DNA from: Candidatus Falkowbacteria bacterium GW2011_GWF2_43_32
GTDB taxonomy: Bacteria > Patescibacteriota > Patescibacteriia > Patescibacteriales > UBA12465
Assembly (NCBI GenBank): GCA_000999715.1
Contig: LCGL01000004.1
Location: forward strand, 1-42,288
Reading direction: 5' to 3'
Length of the DNA: 42,288 nt
In this document: positions 9,833 through 19,707 of the stretch, piece after piece
Layout of the letters: every line of letters starts with the position of its first letter
Position numbering within the stretch: position 1 is the first letter of the stretch
Notes under the pieces: generated by a model
What the model was told of the DNA's origin: nothing
The model's input: only the letters and a program-made list of their open reading frames with translations
Database searches by the model: none
Made by a program: the position numbers and the translations under genes

Positions 9833-9860
9833 CCCCTCGCCGTTTGGCGAGGGGTTTTTG
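9833..9860. terminator. Bidirectional intrinsic terminator between the converging surface operon and clpP
   Basis: CCCCTCGCC-GTTT-GGCGAGGGG forms a 9-bp GC-rich stem (9833-9854). It is flanked by an upstream A-tract and a downstream T-tract. Confidence 0.85.
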
Positions 9861-10439
9861 CTATTGGCCGATTATTTTATCGATGATGCCGTACTTTTGC
9901 GCTTCGGCGGCACTCATGAAGCGATCGCGATCGCTATCCTGTTCGACGGTGGCGACCTTTTGTCCGGTATGAAACGCCAAAATTTTGTTCATTTTATCTT
10001 TTGTTTTCAAAATATGTTCGGCGCGGATTTTAACGTCCGAAGCTTGCCCTTCCGCTCCGCCCATCACTTGATGAATCAAAATTTCGCTGTTCGGCAAAGC
10101 GAATCTCTTGCCTTTTTTGCCGGCGGCCAGCAACACGGAGGCCATGGAAGCGGCCAAACCGACGCAAATTGTAGACACGTCCGATTTGATATATTGCATC
10201 GTGTCATAGATAGCCAGACCGGCGCTGACCGAACCGCCCGGAGAATTGATGTAAAATTTTATATCGGCGTCTTTATTTTCTGCGTCTAAAAATAAAAATT
10301 GGGCGATAACGATATTGGCGACATGATCGTCAATCGGTTCGCCTAAGAAAATAATGCGATCTTTCAGCAGGCGGGAATAGATATCGTAAGCACGCTCTAT
10401 TTGGCCGTCTTTTTCAATGACTGTAGGTATTAGGGGCAT
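9861..10439 (-). CDS. clpP: ATP-dependent Clp protease proteolytic subunit
   Basis: Full-length ClpP-like sequence: [37 protein letters not shown] (catalytic Ser), ILIHQ (His), DRDRFMSA (Asp). Confidence 0.97.
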   Translation of the reverse strand: MPLIPTVIEKDGQIERAYDIYSRLLKDRIIFLGEPIDDHVANIVIAQFLFLDAENKDADIKFYINSPGGSVSAGLAIYDTMQYIKSDVSTICVGLAASMASVLLAAGKKGKRFALPNSEILIHQVMGGAEGQASDVKIRAEHILKTKDKMNKILAFHTGQKVATVEQDSDRDRFMSAAEAQKYGIIDKIIGQ

Positions 10440-10596
10440 ATTCTTGTTGATTAATTATTATAGAATGTAAAATAATTATAGAAGAAAACGGGCGAATTGT
10501 AAAGATTTAATGAAAATTATTATTTATGTCTATTTTGTTAATTTTTGTCAAGATGATTAATAATTCGGACGGCCCATCTTTATCAACCGTTTTGCC

Positions 10597-10625
10597 TTGA
10601 TTTTTATTTTCATTTATCCTAATAT
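10597..10625 (+). promoter_or_regulatory. Sigma70-like promoter upstream of secD
   Basis: TTGATT (10597-10602), a 17-nt spacer, then TAATAT (10620-10625). It lies about 60 nt upstream of the secD ATG. Confidence 0.5.
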
Positions 10626-10684
10626 GAAACCAGATTTGAATACAGATTTTAATTTGCGTTTATTTTGCTTTTAATCATTTTTTT

Positions 10685-12253
10685 ATGTCACTCATCCAAA
10701 AATTCTCAAAATTGTCGTCTCGAGCCAAAGCCGGGTGGATTGTCGCCGTCATTGTCATTTTTACCGTCATGGTCGGTTTGGCGACCGCCGGAGATGTTTA
10801 TAATAATTTTGCCCGAAATTTAGCCGTGAAAACGAATAATATCGTGGTTTTGCCGTCAGTCAAAGTTTTGCCTTTCGGTCTGGGCTTGGACTTGCAGGGC
10901 GGCGCGCATTTAGTTTATCAAGCCGATGTTACCAATATTCCCGAAGCGGACCGAGCCAGCGCGATGGAATCGGCTCGCGATATCGTGGAACGACGCGTCA
11001 ATACTTTTGGCGTCAGCGAACCGGTGGTGCAGGTTAATAAGGGCGTAAACGGTGAATATCGGATTATTGCCGAATTAGCGGGTATTAAGGATGTGGATGA
11101 GGCTATCAAGCTTATCGGTGAAACGCCGATTTTAGAATTTAAGGAACAGGGCGGAGAAATTCCGGTTCAAGAAGTATCGACCGACGCTTCTTCTGCGGCC
11201 ACGGTTGATTTGAATTTGGATGCCGGTTGGAAAAATACGGAATTGACGGGCAAATATTTAAAACGATCTGCCGTGCAATTCAACCCCAACGACGGTACGC
11301 CGGAAGTGTCTTTGCAGTTTGATGCCGAAGGGGCCAAATTATTTGAAGATATTACCGCGCGCAATCTCGGTCAGCCGGTAGCCATTTTTTTAGACGGTTA
11401 CATAATCAGCGCTCCGACGGTTAACGATAAGATTACCGGCGGAGAGGCGGTAATTTCCGGTCAATTCAGCGTTGATGAAGCCAAATTGCTCGTTAAAAGA
11501 TTGAATTCCGGAGCTTTGCCCGTGCCCATTTCTTTGGTCGCGCAAAAAACCATGGAAGCCAGCCTCGGCTCCCGATCCATCGATAATAGTTTGTTGGCCG
11601 GCTTAATCGGCTTGCTGTTGGTTTCTTTGTTCATGATTTTATACTATCGATTACCGGGCTTGTTGTCCGTACTTTCTTTGGCTGTTTACGGCTTAACGGT
11701 GTTGGCGATTTTTAAAGCTTTGCCGCTTTGGCTGGCTTTAGTTTTAATCATTGTCATGATCGGTTTGATATTTTACACTTTTAACGAATTGAAGATATTC
11801 AATGGCGGCTTGGCCATGCTATTTGCGATTATCGGTTTGCTGTTATTCTTTTACGCCGTCAAAACAATTACCCTGACTTTGTCCGGTATCGCCGGACTCA
11901 TCCTGTCCATCGGCATGGCGGTGGATGCCAATATTTTGATTTTTGCCAGAATTAGCGAGGAGCTAAAAGCCGGTAAACAAGTGCGTCAGGCGGTTGATGA
12001 CGGCTTTAAGCGCGCTTGGCCGTCAATTCGGGACGGCAACATTTCTACGATTATTACCTGTTTTATTTTGATGTTTTTCGGTACCTCCACGGTCCAGGGT
12101 TTCGGAACGACTTTGTTTATCGGTGTCTCCGTTTCCTTATTCAGCGCCATCGTGATTACGCGCACTTTATTTATACTTATTTTGGGCGATTGGTTGGAGA
12201 AGCGCACTTGGCTTCTGAATGTGCGTCGGCCAAAAGTTGAAGTAAACAGATAA
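10685..12253 (+). CDS. secD: Protein translocase subunit SecD
   Basis: N-terminal TM segment, GLDLQGGAHLVYQAD, a periplasmic domain, and a C-terminal 5-6 TM block containing GMAVDANILIFARI. Confidence 0.95.
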   Translation: MSLIQKFSKLSSRAKAGWIVAVIVIFTVMVGLATAGDVYNNFARNLAVKTNNIVVLPSVKVLPFGLGLDLQGGAHLVYQADVTNIPEADRASAMESARDIVERRVNTFGVSEPVVQVNKGVNGEYRIIAELAGIKDVDEAIKLIGETPILEFKEQGGEIPVQEVSTDASSAATVDLNLDAGWKNTELTGKYLKRSAVQFNPNDGTPEVSLQFDAEGAKLFEDITARNLGQPVAIFLDGYIISAPTVNDKITGGEAVISGQFSVDEAKLLVKRLNSGALPVPISLVAQKTMEASLGSRSIDNSLLAGLIGLLLVSLFMILYYRLPGLLSVLSLAVYGLTVLAIFKALPLWLALVLIIVMIGLIFYTFNELKIFNGGLAMLFAIIGLLLFFYAVKTITLTLSGIAGLILSIGMAVDANILIFARISEELKAGKQVRQAVDDGFKRAWPSIRDGNISTIITCFILMFFGTSTVQGFGTTLFIGVSVSLFSAIVITRTLFILILGDWLEKRTWLLNVRRPKVEVNR

Positions 12254-12264
12254 TTAATAAAAAT

Positions 12265-13173
12265 ATGATTTATCGGACAATCCATAACAGAAGAATTTTT
12301 TTATCGCTATCCACTTTGGCCGTGATTGCCTCTATCGGCGCTCTTTTCTTCTGGGGCCTGAATTTCGGTATTGATTTCACCGGCGGCAGTCTGTTGGAAG
12401 TCAATTTTCAAGGTTATCAGCCTAGCGTGTTGGAAATTCAAGACAGTCTGAAAGAAACCGGACTTAATAATCTGGTGATTCAACCGACCGAAAATTCCGT
12501 AATTTTACGTTTTAAAGACAGCACGGAAGAAACGCACCAGGCGATAGTAAAAAGTTTGCAGGGCTTGGCCGACGGTCAAGAAGGCGCTTCCTTTAAAGAA
12601 TTGCAATTTGATTCCGTCGGTCCGTCAATCGGTCAAGAGTTGAAAAGTAAATCTTTTAATGCGACGGTGATTGTGTTAATAATGATTATCGTTTATATTT
12701 CCATCGGTTTTCGTAAAGTGTCCAAGCCGGTCGCTTCCTGGAAATACGGCGTCGCCGCCATTATCGCTTTGATACATGATATTGTAATAACTCTCGGCGT
12801 TTTTTCCGTTTTGGGGCATTTTTACGGGACGGAAATCAATACCTCTTTTATTGCCGCGATTTTGACGGTTTTAGGCTACAGTATCAACGATACGATTATT
12901 GTCTTTGACCGCATTCGCGAGAATTTGCCGAAGAGCCAAGAGGATTTTGAAAATACCGTTAATCGCAGTGTTAATCAAACTATGGCCCGTTCCATCAACA
13001 CTTCCTTTTCTTCGGTGCTGGCTTTATTGGCGGTGCTGTTTTTCGGTGGAGCGACCATTAAAGATTTTGCCTTGGTTTTGGTGGTCGGCATTTTGATCGG
13101 CACTTACAGTTCAATTTTTATTGCCAGTCCGGTCTTGGTGATTTGGGATAAATTGAGTCGTAAACGTCAATAA
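12265..13173 (+). CDS. secF: Protein translocase subunit SecF
   Basis: GIDFTGGSLLEV, then a 5-TM block with GYSINDTIIVFDRIREN. Lies immediately after secD. Confidence 0.95.
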   Translation: MIYRTIHNRRIFLSLSTLAVIASIGALFFWGLNFGIDFTGGSLLEVNFQGYQPSVLEIQDSLKETGLNNLVIQPTENSVILRFKDSTEETHQAIVKSLQGLADGQEGASFKELQFDSVGPSIGQELKSKSFNATVIVLIMIIVYISIGFRKVSKPVASWKYGVAAIIALIHDIVITLGVFSVLGHFYGTEINTSFIAAILTVLGYSINDTIIVFDRIRENLPKSQEDFENTVNRSVNQTMARSINTSFSSVLALLAVLFFGGATIKDFALVLVVGILIGTYSSIFIASPVLVIWDKLSRKRQ

Positions 13174-13207
13174 ACGCTTCGGTCGATTGTGAAAATTTTT
13201 AATCCTG

Positions 13208-13233
13208 AAAACCCCGATTGTTCGGGGTTTTTT
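13208..13233 (+). terminator. Intrinsic terminator after secF
   Basis: AAAACCCCG-ATTGTT-CGGGGTTTTTT. Confidence 0.8.
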
Positions 13234-13292
13234 GATTTTTTAGACCGCTTCTTCCCCTGTCGGAAACCGATTTAATTTGATATAATTAATAT

Positions 13293-15584
13293 ATGAAATT
13301 AAAAAAATTGTTCGCCAATTTATCAGGTTGTCGGAGCTTGGATTTTTTAATGGAAGGAATCTATTTGGCGATAATTTTTTTGATACCGCTCTGGTTTGCT
13401 TATTTTTTTCCGACTTACAATATTTTTGAGTTGAATAAAATCGGTTTGTTTAAAATCTTGGTTTGGTTGTTCTTGTTGCTGACGATTTTAAAAGCGGTTT
13501 TTTATCCGGTTTTTCCGGCGGTTAAACCGGCGGTTTTTTTCAAGAAATATTGGTTGTTACCGACGATTTTTATTGTCGGTTTGAGCCTGACTTTAATCGG
13601 CTCGCCTAATCCGATGCTCAGTTTTTACGGTACCATGGAGCGTCAGCAGGGTTTGTCCAGCTATTTGTTTTATTTTTTATGGTTTGTTCTGCTTAGTTTG
13701 AATATTTCGCTGGGTGGCGATAGTCGGCAAAAGATAAAAAGAATCGTCATCACGGTGATCGCTTCAGCTTCCGTGGTGGCCGCTTACGGTATTTTGCAAA
13801 TTTTGAATATTGATTTTTTGTCTTGGCCCGAGCCGCCGTATTTGACGCACCGAACGCTTTCTTCTTTCGGTCAACCTAATTTTTTAGCCTCTTGGTTGTT
13901 ATTGGTGATACCGGTGAGCTGGGGTTTATTTTATGAGAGCCGGAAATTGATGGTCAAATTTTTGTATTTTTTAGCCGGCACCGTGCAATTAATTTGTTTG
14001 TTTTTAACCAGCAGTCGGGGCGGCTTGGTGGCCCTGTTCATAACGATTTTTTTGTTTTTATTTTATTTTTTGTTTTCTTCCGCTTGGCCGCGCGTCAAAA
14101 AATATGTCACCGGATTCTTATTTTTGGCGGTGATCGCCGTGGCCGTTCTATTGTCAAACGCCGCCCTGCCGAATCGCTGGGGGAGCTTATTGGAATATAA
14201 TTCCGGCAGTGTCGGCGCACGCGTCAATTTTTATTTGGCCGCCGCCGCCGCCATTAAGCATCGCCCCCTGCTCGGTTATGGATTGGAAAATAGCGGCGAA
14301 GTTTTTATACGTTATTATGAGCCGGATTGGGGAGTTTATGGCGAAGTCGGACAATCCAGCGATCGCGCCCATAATTTGGTCTTGGACATTTTGTTGACGA
14401 CCGGTGCCGTCGGGTTGATTTTATTCGTAATTTTATATTATTTTTTCTTTTCTCTGGCTAGAGCCAATATTCGTCAGCGGAAAAACCCGATTTTAACTTT
14501 GGCCTTATCGGGAGGCGTCTTGGCTTATTTACTGTCGCTGTTATTTAGTTTTGCCATTGTGAGCAGTGAAGTATATTTTTGGCTATTTTTAGCTTTATTG
14601 GTCGCAATTAATTTTGACCCGTCGGTTCGAGACGATAATCAAAATCGACGCTTGGTCGCCGGCGGTCGGCGGTGGCCAATAATTGTTGTTTTGTTGTTCG
14701 TTGTTTTGACGGTGAACGGTATTGCCAGGGAAATCAGAGTATTGATTGCCGATCATTATTTCAATAAGTTATATTTCATTTCTCCTCAGGACAATTACTT
14801 GTTGGCCGCGGAATTTTATGATCGCCTGCGAGCGCAAAAAACTAATCCGATCAATCAAGAATCTTATAATCGTATTTGGGGAGAGATTCTTTGCGGTTCT
14901 TATTCGTCGATTGATGATTCGGCGACAAAAATGGCCATTGAACAAAAATTGGCGGAATTGGATCAATCTTTGTCTGCCGCCAGATTTAAAAATGTTTTGG
15001 TCAAGGCGCGCATCAATCATGTTTTGGGTAATTTTACCGTCGCGCGCGACCAATTGTCTCAACTGATTGCCCTGAGCCCGCATTGGCCGTTTATTTATTT
15101 GGCCGCCGGCAGAATGGAAACGACGGCCGGAGATTTTAAGCAAGCCTTGGTGGCTTATCATCTGGCGGCCCTTAATTTGCCGATCACGGCTGACGGGCGC
15201 TTGAACGATCAACATCGTCGCATTGTTCGCAATTATCAATATTTTATTAATTATAAAATCGCCGATATTCATGCCGGTGTCGGCAATTGGCCGGCGGCGG
15301 GTCGGTATTATCAAGCGGCCTATCAAAGCAATTCAAATGATTTCACCTTGTTAAAAAAAATTGCCGACACTTATTATCATCGCGGCGATTTGCCAACGGC
15401 GATGAAATATAACCGTCATGGCGCGGTGCGCAATCCGACCGATTATAATTGGCCCTTGGCTTTGGCGGCGCTGGCCTATGAAAGCGGCGATTTGGAAATG
15501 GCGCAGGAATATTTGACGCAGGCGCTGGAGTTGGCGCCGGACAATGAAGAATTGCGAAGCTTACAAAATCAATATCGGCCTTAG
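13293..15584 (+). CDS. Polytopic Wzy_C (O-antigen ligase / O-oligosaccharyltransferase-like) membrane protein fused to C-terminal TPR repeats
   Basis: About 12 hydrophobic segments. Wzy_C-type motifs TSSRGGLVALFI and DRAHNLVLDILLTTGAVGL. The C-terminal ~280 aa carry TPR-like repeats (YYQAAYQSNSND..., ADTYYHRGDLPTAMKYN..., LAYESGDLEMAQEYLTQALELAPDN). Confidence 0.75.
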   Translation: MKLKKLFANLSGCRSLDFLMEGIYLAIIFLIPLWFAYFFPTYNIFELNKIGLFKILVWLFLLLTILKAVFYPVFPAVKPAVFFKKYWLLPTIFIVGLSLTLIGSPNPMLSFYGTMERQQGLSSYLFYFLWFVLLSLNISLGGDSRQKIKRIVITVIASASVVAAYGILQILNIDFLSWPEPPYLTHRTLSSFGQPNFLASWLLLVIPVSWGLFYESRKLMVKFLYFLAGTVQLICLFLTSSRGGLVALFITIFLFLFYFLFSSAWPRVKKYVTGFLFLAVIAVAVLLSNAALPNRWGSLLEYNSGSVGARVNFYLAAAAAIKHRPLLGYGLENSGEVFIRYYEPDWGVYGEVGQSSDRAHNLVLDILLTTGAVGLILFVILYYFFFSLARANIRQRKNPILTLALSGGVLAYLLSLLFSFAIVSSEVYFWLFLALLVAINFDPSVRDDNQNRRLVAGGRRWPIIVVLLFVVLTVNGIAREIRVLIADHYFNKLYFISPQDNYLLAAEFYDRLRAQKTNPINQESYNRIWGEILCGSYSSIDDSATKMAIEQKLAELDQSLSAARFKNVLVKARINHVLGNFTVARDQLSQLIALSPHWPFIYLAAGRMETTAGDFKQALVAYHLAALNLPITADGRLNDQHRRIVRNYQYFINYKIADIHAGVGNWPAAGRYYQAAYQSNSNDFTLLKKIADTYYHRGDLPTAMKYNRHGAVRNPTDYNWPLALAALAYESGDLEMAQEYLTQALELAPDNEELRSLQNQYRP

Positions 15585-15613
15585 ATATTTTAATCGTTTA
15601 ATTTATTCGTTTT

Positions 15614-16396
15614 ATGTTTATCGCTTATTTTTCCCCCTTGTTCATTTGGTCGACGGTTTTTATTTTCGGTTTGATTATCGGCAGTTTTTTAAATTGTTTG
15701 ATTTGGCGTTTGCATAAAAAAGAAACTTTGGGCGGGCGCTCTTATTGTCCGCATTGTCGTCAAACAATCGCCTGGCATGATAATCTTCCCGTGCTGAGCT
15801 TTATTTTTTTACGGGGTCGCTGTCGCACTTGTCGCGCCAAGATTTCTTGGCAGTATCCGCTCGTGGAGTTGGCGACGGCGATTTTGTTTTTATTGACCTG
15901 GCAAATGAATTCAGTCCAACCCGATTTTTATCTTTTGTTGGCGCGCGATTGGCTGTTGATTGTTACTTTGATCGTTGTTTTTGTTTATGATTGGCGTTGG
16001 CAATTGATTCCTTTGACCGTGGTTTGGCCCTTGGGCATAGCGATTTTCATTTTGAATCTATTGCTCGGATTTTTTTGGTTGGATGTTTTATTTTTCGCTG
16101 TGGCGGCGGCCGGCTTTTTCTGGCTGCAATATTTGATTACCCGACGGAAAGGATTGGGAGAAGGAGATATTTGGTTGGGCGCTTTTTTGGGGCTGTCTTT
16201 CCCCGGAACGGCCGATTTATTGTTGATCATGGTTTTATCCTATAGTCTCGGTGCGATTGTCGGTTTGACTCTGATTTCCCGACAAAGAAAAAAGTGGCAA
16301 TCGCAGATTGCCCTCGGCCCCTTCTTGGCCTTAGGGGCCGTTATTACTCTAATTTGGGGAGAGCGATTGATCGCTTGGTATTTGGGGTTTTTTTAG
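15614..16396 (+). CDS. pilD: Prepilin peptidase / N-methyltransferase (peptidase A24)
   Basis: Zn-binding CPHCRQ...CRTCRAK, the segment WHDNLPVLSFIFLRGRC, and catalytic Asp motifs VYDWRWQLIP and GEGDIWLGAFLG. Confidence 0.93.
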   Translation: MFIAYFSPLFIWSTVFIFGLIIGSFLNCLIWRLHKKETLGGRSYCPHCRQTIAWHDNLPVLSFIFLRGRCRTCRAKISWQYPLVELATAILFLLTWQMNSVQPDFYLLLARDWLLIVTLIVVFVYDWRWQLIPLTVVWPLGIAIFILNLLLGFFWLDVLFFAVAAAGFFWLQYLITRRKGLGEGDIWLGAFLGLSFPGTADLLLIMVLSYSLGAIVGLTLISRQRKKWQSQIALGPFLALGAVITLIWGERLIAWYLGFF

Positions 16397-16453
16397 GATG
16401 TTTCAGCGTTGCCGTCAAAAGTCGCCGGGCAATTGTTAAATTTCAATAAATTT

Positions 16454-16461
16454 TGTATAAT
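16454..16461 (+). promoter_or_regulatory. Extended -10 element (TGTATAAT) upstream of ftsA
   Basis: TGTATAAT lies about 40 nt upstream of ATG 16501. The TTG at 16453 that the ORF track uses as a start lies within/adjacent to this element. Confidence 0.45.
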
Positions 16462-16500
16462 ACAGTTAGTGATTATTTATCGTCGTTTTATTATGTTTTT

Positions 16501-17757
16501 ATGAAAGATAATGTCATCGCCGGATTAGATATCGGTTCCACCTCCATCCGTTTGGTTATCGGTCAAAAAATTGCCGGGCCGACCGGTGAAGAATTGCAGA
16601 TTATCGGCGCGGTCTCCGGGCCGACAGCCGGCGTTAATCGCGGTATCGTCAATAGCATTGAGGAGACGACTTCTTCCATTTCGGCTGTTTTGGAAAAGGC
16701 GGAGCGTTTGGTGGGCGTACCGATTTCTCGCGTTTGGGTCAGTATTAACGATCCGCATATAAAATGCGAGCGCTCCAAGGGCGTGGTGGCGGTCGGGCGC
16801 AGTGACGGAGAAATCAATGATAATGATGTTAATCGGGCCATTGAAGCGGCTCGGGCGCTGGCCGTACCGGTCAATTATGAAATTTTGCATGTTATTCCGA
16901 TTAAATTTGGCGTGGACAATCAAAGCGATGTCAAAGATCCGATTGGCATGAACGGCATCAGATTGGAAGTGGAAACTTTGATTATTCAAGGCTTGAGTAC
17001 GCAGATTAAAAATTTGACTAAAGCGATTTATCGCACCGGACTGGAGATAGAGGATTTGATTATCGCGCCGTTAGCGGCGGCGGAAGCGGTATTGAGCATG
17101 AAACAGAAAGAGCTGGGCGTCGCTTTGGTTAATTTGGGTTCGTCCACGACTTCGTTGGCGATTTATGAAGAGCGTAATCTGATTCATACGGCGGTTTTGG
17201 CCATTGGCGCCGAACATATCACCGCCGATATTGCGATCGGCTTGCGTTGTCCGATTAATTTGGCGGAAAGAATCAAGCGGGAACACGGGACGGCCGTTCT
17301 GGGCGATTTGAGCAAGAAAGACGAAGTGGACGTCAGTTATTTGGTTAAAGAAGAAGAAGTCAACGACGATATCAGTTTGATTTCTCGTAAATATGTCGCG
17401 GAAATAATCAATGCGCGCGTGGAGGAAATTTTTGAAAAAGTTGATAATGAATTTAAAAAGATAGATCGTTCGGGAATGTTGCCGGCGGGAGTCATTTTTG
17501 TCGGCGGCGGCGCCGAGCTGGTCGGTTTAGTGGACGCGGCCAAGAAAAAATTACGTTTGCCGGCGGCTCTGGGCGTGGCCAAAAATATTAACGTTGTCAT
17601 TGATAAAGTAAAGAATCCGGAATTTTTAACCGCTCTCGGTTTGGTATTATGGGGGCTCGGTTCCGGCTCGGAAAGCGTGAGTAACAATAAATTTAAAAAA
17701 CTGGGTGGACTTTTGGATAAAGTGGAGGGTCTTTGGAACAAGATCATGCCCAAATAA
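16501..17757 (+). CDS. ftsA: Cell division protein FtsA
   Basis: [21 protein letters not shown], and [26 protein letters not shown]. Length and position directly upstream of ftsZ fit FtsA. ATG 16501 is preferred over TTG 16453. Confidence 0.93.
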   Translation: MKDNVIAGLDIGSTSIRLVIGQKIAGPTGEELQIIGAVSGPTAGVNRGIVNSIEETTSSISAVLEKAERLVGVPISRVWVSINDPHIKCERSKGVVAVGRSDGEINDNDVNRAIEAARALAVPVNYEILHVIPIKFGVDNQSDVKDPIGMNGIRLEVETLIIQGLSTQIKNLTKAIYRTGLEIEDLIIAPLAAAEAVLSMKQKELGVALVNLGSSTTSLAIYEERNLIHTAVLAIGAEHITADIAIGLRCPINLAERIKREHGTAVLGDLSKKDEVDVSYLVKEEEVNDDISLISRKYVAEIINARVEEIFEKVDNEFKKIDRSGMLPAGVIFVGGGAELVGLVDAAKKKLRLPAALGVAKNINVVIDKVKNPEFLTALGLVLWGLGSGSESVSNNKFKKLGGLLDKVEGLWNKIMPK

Positions 17758-17771
17758 TTTTTAATAATTCT

Positions 17772-18956
17772 ATGGCGGAAATAAAACCGGAAATTGAAAC
17801 TTTTGCAAAAATCAAAGTGGTGGGCGTGGGCGGCGGCGGCGGCAGTGCCATCAACCGTATGGTTTCCAGCGGCATTAAAGGCGTGGGCTTTGTGGCTATC
17901 AATACCGATGTCCAGGCGCTTCACTTCAACAAGGCCAATGAAAAAATTCATATCGGTAAAACCGTTACCAAGGGTTTGGGCGCGGGCATGAATCCGGATT
18001 TAGGCAAAGGAGCGGCCGAGGAATCGCAAAATGAAATTAAAGAGGCTTTGAAAGGCTGTGATATGGTTTTTGTCACTTGCGGTTTGGGCGGCGGCACCGG
18101 TTCCGGCGCTTCGCCGATTATCGCGCAAATCGCCAAAGAGTTGGGAGCCTTAACCGTGGCGGTGGTCACTAAACCGTTTATGTTTGAGGGCGGTCAGCGG
18201 CAAAATATCGCCGAACGTGCCTATACTGAATTGGCCGATAAAGTCGATACCATTATTACTATTTCTAATGATAAATTATTGCAGGTAATCGATAAGAAAA
18301 CTTCGTTATTGGAGGCGTTCAAAATTGCCGATGATGTTTTACGGCAAGGAGTACAGGGCATTGCCGAGATTATTACCGTGCCGGGCATTATCAATGCCGA
18401 TTTTGCCGACGTGAAAGCGGTGATGTCTAATGCCGGATCGGCTTTGATGGGTATCGGCCAGGCCAGCGGTGAAAACAAAGCGGTGGAAGCGGCTAAAATC
18501 GCCATTAACTCCAATTTATTGGATATGTCCATTGACGGCGCGCGAGGAATTGTCTTTACGGTAACCGGCGGACCGGATTTGAGCATGACCGAAGTCAGCG
18601 AAGCGGCTAAAGTTATTACTTCGGCGGCCGATGAAGACGCTAAAATCATTTTTGGCGCGGTAATTGACGAAAAGATGAAGGATCAAATCAAGATTACGGT
18701 GGTCGCCACCGGCTTTGAGGGGCGCACTAAGAGCTCCGGCAGTGAAATCTCCAAGGCTTATACCCCTAACGCTTTTATTAAGAACAATGATAAAGAAGAT
18801 AACGAGCCGAAGAGCGAAGATACGCATAATAAAGGCAAATTCTCGGTGTTTAAAAGCATTCCTTTTAAGCCGGCTCTAGAAAAGAAAGCCGAAAAATTAC
18901 TTGAAGAAGATGATGATTTGAGCGTGCCGGCGTTTATTCGTAAGAAAATGGGCTAG
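17772..18956 (+). CDS. ftsZ: Cell division GTPase FtsZ
   Basis: [17 protein letters not shown], the tubulin signature [12 protein letters not shown], and the C-terminal peptide [16 protein letters not shown] 17772 is preferred over the upstream alternative start that overlaps ftsA. Confidence 0.97.
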   Translation: MAEIKPEIETFAKIKVVGVGGGGGSAINRMVSSGIKGVGFVAINTDVQALHFNKANEKIHIGKTVTKGLGAGMNPDLGKGAAEESQNEIKEALKGCDMVFVTCGLGGGTGSGASPIIAQIAKELGALTVAVVTKPFMFEGGQRQNIAERAYTELADKVDTIITISNDKLLQVIDKKTSLLEAFKIADDVLRQGVQGIAEIITVPGIINADFADVKAVMSNAGSALMGIGQASGENKAVEAAKIAINSNLLDMSIDGARGIVFTVTGGPDLSMTEVSEAAKVITSAADEDAKIIFGAVIDEKMKDQIKITVVATGFEGRTKSSGSEISKAYTPNAFIKNNDKEDNEPKSEDTHNKGKFSVFKSIPFKPALEKKAEKLLEEDDDLSVPAFIRKKMG

Positions 18957-19002
18957 TTTGGCAGTGAAAGATCGCCGGGACAAGCAAAATAAACAGTTTA
19001 TA

Positions 19003-19032
19003 AATTCCGTGCCGGACGCACGGAATTTTTTT
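19003..19032 (+). terminator. Intrinsic terminator after ftsZ
   Basis: AATTCCGTGC-CGGAC-GCACGGAATT forms a 10-bp stem followed by a T-run. Confidence 0.85.
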
Positions 19033-19111
19033 AAAATTTTTTAAATTTGATTTTTGAAAATTCTGTGGATAACTTGAAAATTTGTATGTATTTTTTTAAA
19101 AATTAGCTAAA

Positions 19112-19140
19112 TTGACTGGCAGGTAAAAATTTGTTAAAAT
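19112..19140 (+). promoter_or_regulatory. Sigma70-like promoter of the nrdR-nrdD-nrdG unit
   Basis: TTGACT (19112-19117), a 17-nt spacer containing TG at 19132-19133, then TAAAAT (19135-19140). Confidence 0.6.
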
Positions 19141-19148
19141 AATAGTAA

Positions 19149-19197
19149 TTACAACATTTAGTGGTTCCTTCTTTTGAAAGGCCACAAAATATAGGGT
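19149..19197 (+). promoter_or_regulatory. Tandem NrdR boxes just downstream of the -10
   Basis: Box 2, CCACAAAATATAGGGT (19182-19197), matches 13/16 positions of the remembered consensus acaCwAtATaTwGtgt. Box 1, TTACAACATTTAGTGG (19149-19164), is weaker at about 10/16. The two centres are about 33 bp apart (three helical turns), the arrangement described for NrdR regulons. Confidence 0.55.
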
Positions 19198-19218
19198 TTT
19201 TGCAAGCGCTTTGATAAT

Positions 19219-19686
19219 ATGAAATGTCCCATTTGCTATTTTTTAGACACTAAAGTCGTTGATTCCCGGGTGGCACCGGACGGCTTATCTATTCGTCGTC
19301 GCCGAGAGTGCCTAAAATGCGGCTTTCGCTTTTCAACTTACGAAGAAATTGAATTATTAGACCTGGTTATTGTCAAACGAGATAGTCGTCGCGAATCGTA
19401 TAGCCGGGATAAAATGGTTAACGGTTTGAAGAAGGCTTGTGAAAAAAGACCGATTACCGAAGATCGCTTTAAAAAATTGATCCATTCCATTGAACGCGAT
19501 TTACAGCGACTTAATAAAACGGAAATCACTTCCAGTCAAGTCGGTCAGGCCGTGATGAAGAATTTAAAAAAAGTTGACCCGATTGCCTATATTCGTTATG
19601 CCTCGGTTTATGAATCTTTTAAAGATGCGCATGAATTCAGGAAGGAGTTGAATAAGCTGATTAAAGAAAAAAAAGAAAAAGTTTAA
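19219..19686 (+). CDS. nrdR: Transcriptional repressor NrdR (Zn ribbon plus ATP-cone)
   Basis: MKCPICYFLDTKVVDSR...RRRRECLKCGFRFSTYE, followed by an ATP-cone. Confidence 0.97.
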   Translation: MKCPICYFLDTKVVDSRVAPDGLSIRRRRECLKCGFRFSTYEEIELLDLVIVKRDSRRESYSRDKMVNGLKKACEKRPITEDRFKKLIHSIERDLQRLNKTEITSSQVGQAVMKNLKKVDPIAYIRYASVYESFKDAHEFRKELNKLIKEKKEKV

Positions 19687-19707
19687 TATATTTATCCTAG
19701 AGTCTTT

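Noticed and set aside
9858-10289. 143-aa plus-strand ORF antisense to clpP
   Set aside because: clpP on the opposite strand is unambiguous. The antisense product has no motif and begins at an alternative start.
14769-15326. 185-aa minus-strand ORF inside the TPR region of the Wzy_C-TPR gene
   Set aside because: It is an Arg/Ile-rich antisense artefact. The plus-strand frame shows regular TPR repeats that continue the long ORF.
16453-17771. N-terminal extensions suggested by the ORF track. These are ftsA from TTG 16453, ftsZ from 17733, the GT2 gene from TTG 25467, the kinase from 36782 and the DUF457-like gene from 40197.
   Set aside because: Each extension starts at a non-ATG or overlapping codon and adds sequence unlike the family N-terminus. 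In-frame ATGs (16501, 17772, 25473, 36629, 40245) give canonical N-termini and sensible intergenic spacing.
17337-17951. 204-aa minus-strand ORF spanning the ftsA-ftsZ junction
   Set aside because: It is antisense to two of the most recognisable genes in the window and has no motifs.
18957-19218. Possibility that the ftsZ-nrdR intergenic region is the replication origin, because of the perfect DnaA box and AT-rich tracts
   Set aside because: There is only one good DnaA box, no box cluster, and no dnaA/dnaN nearby. The region is well explained by a terminator, a promoter and NrdR operators.
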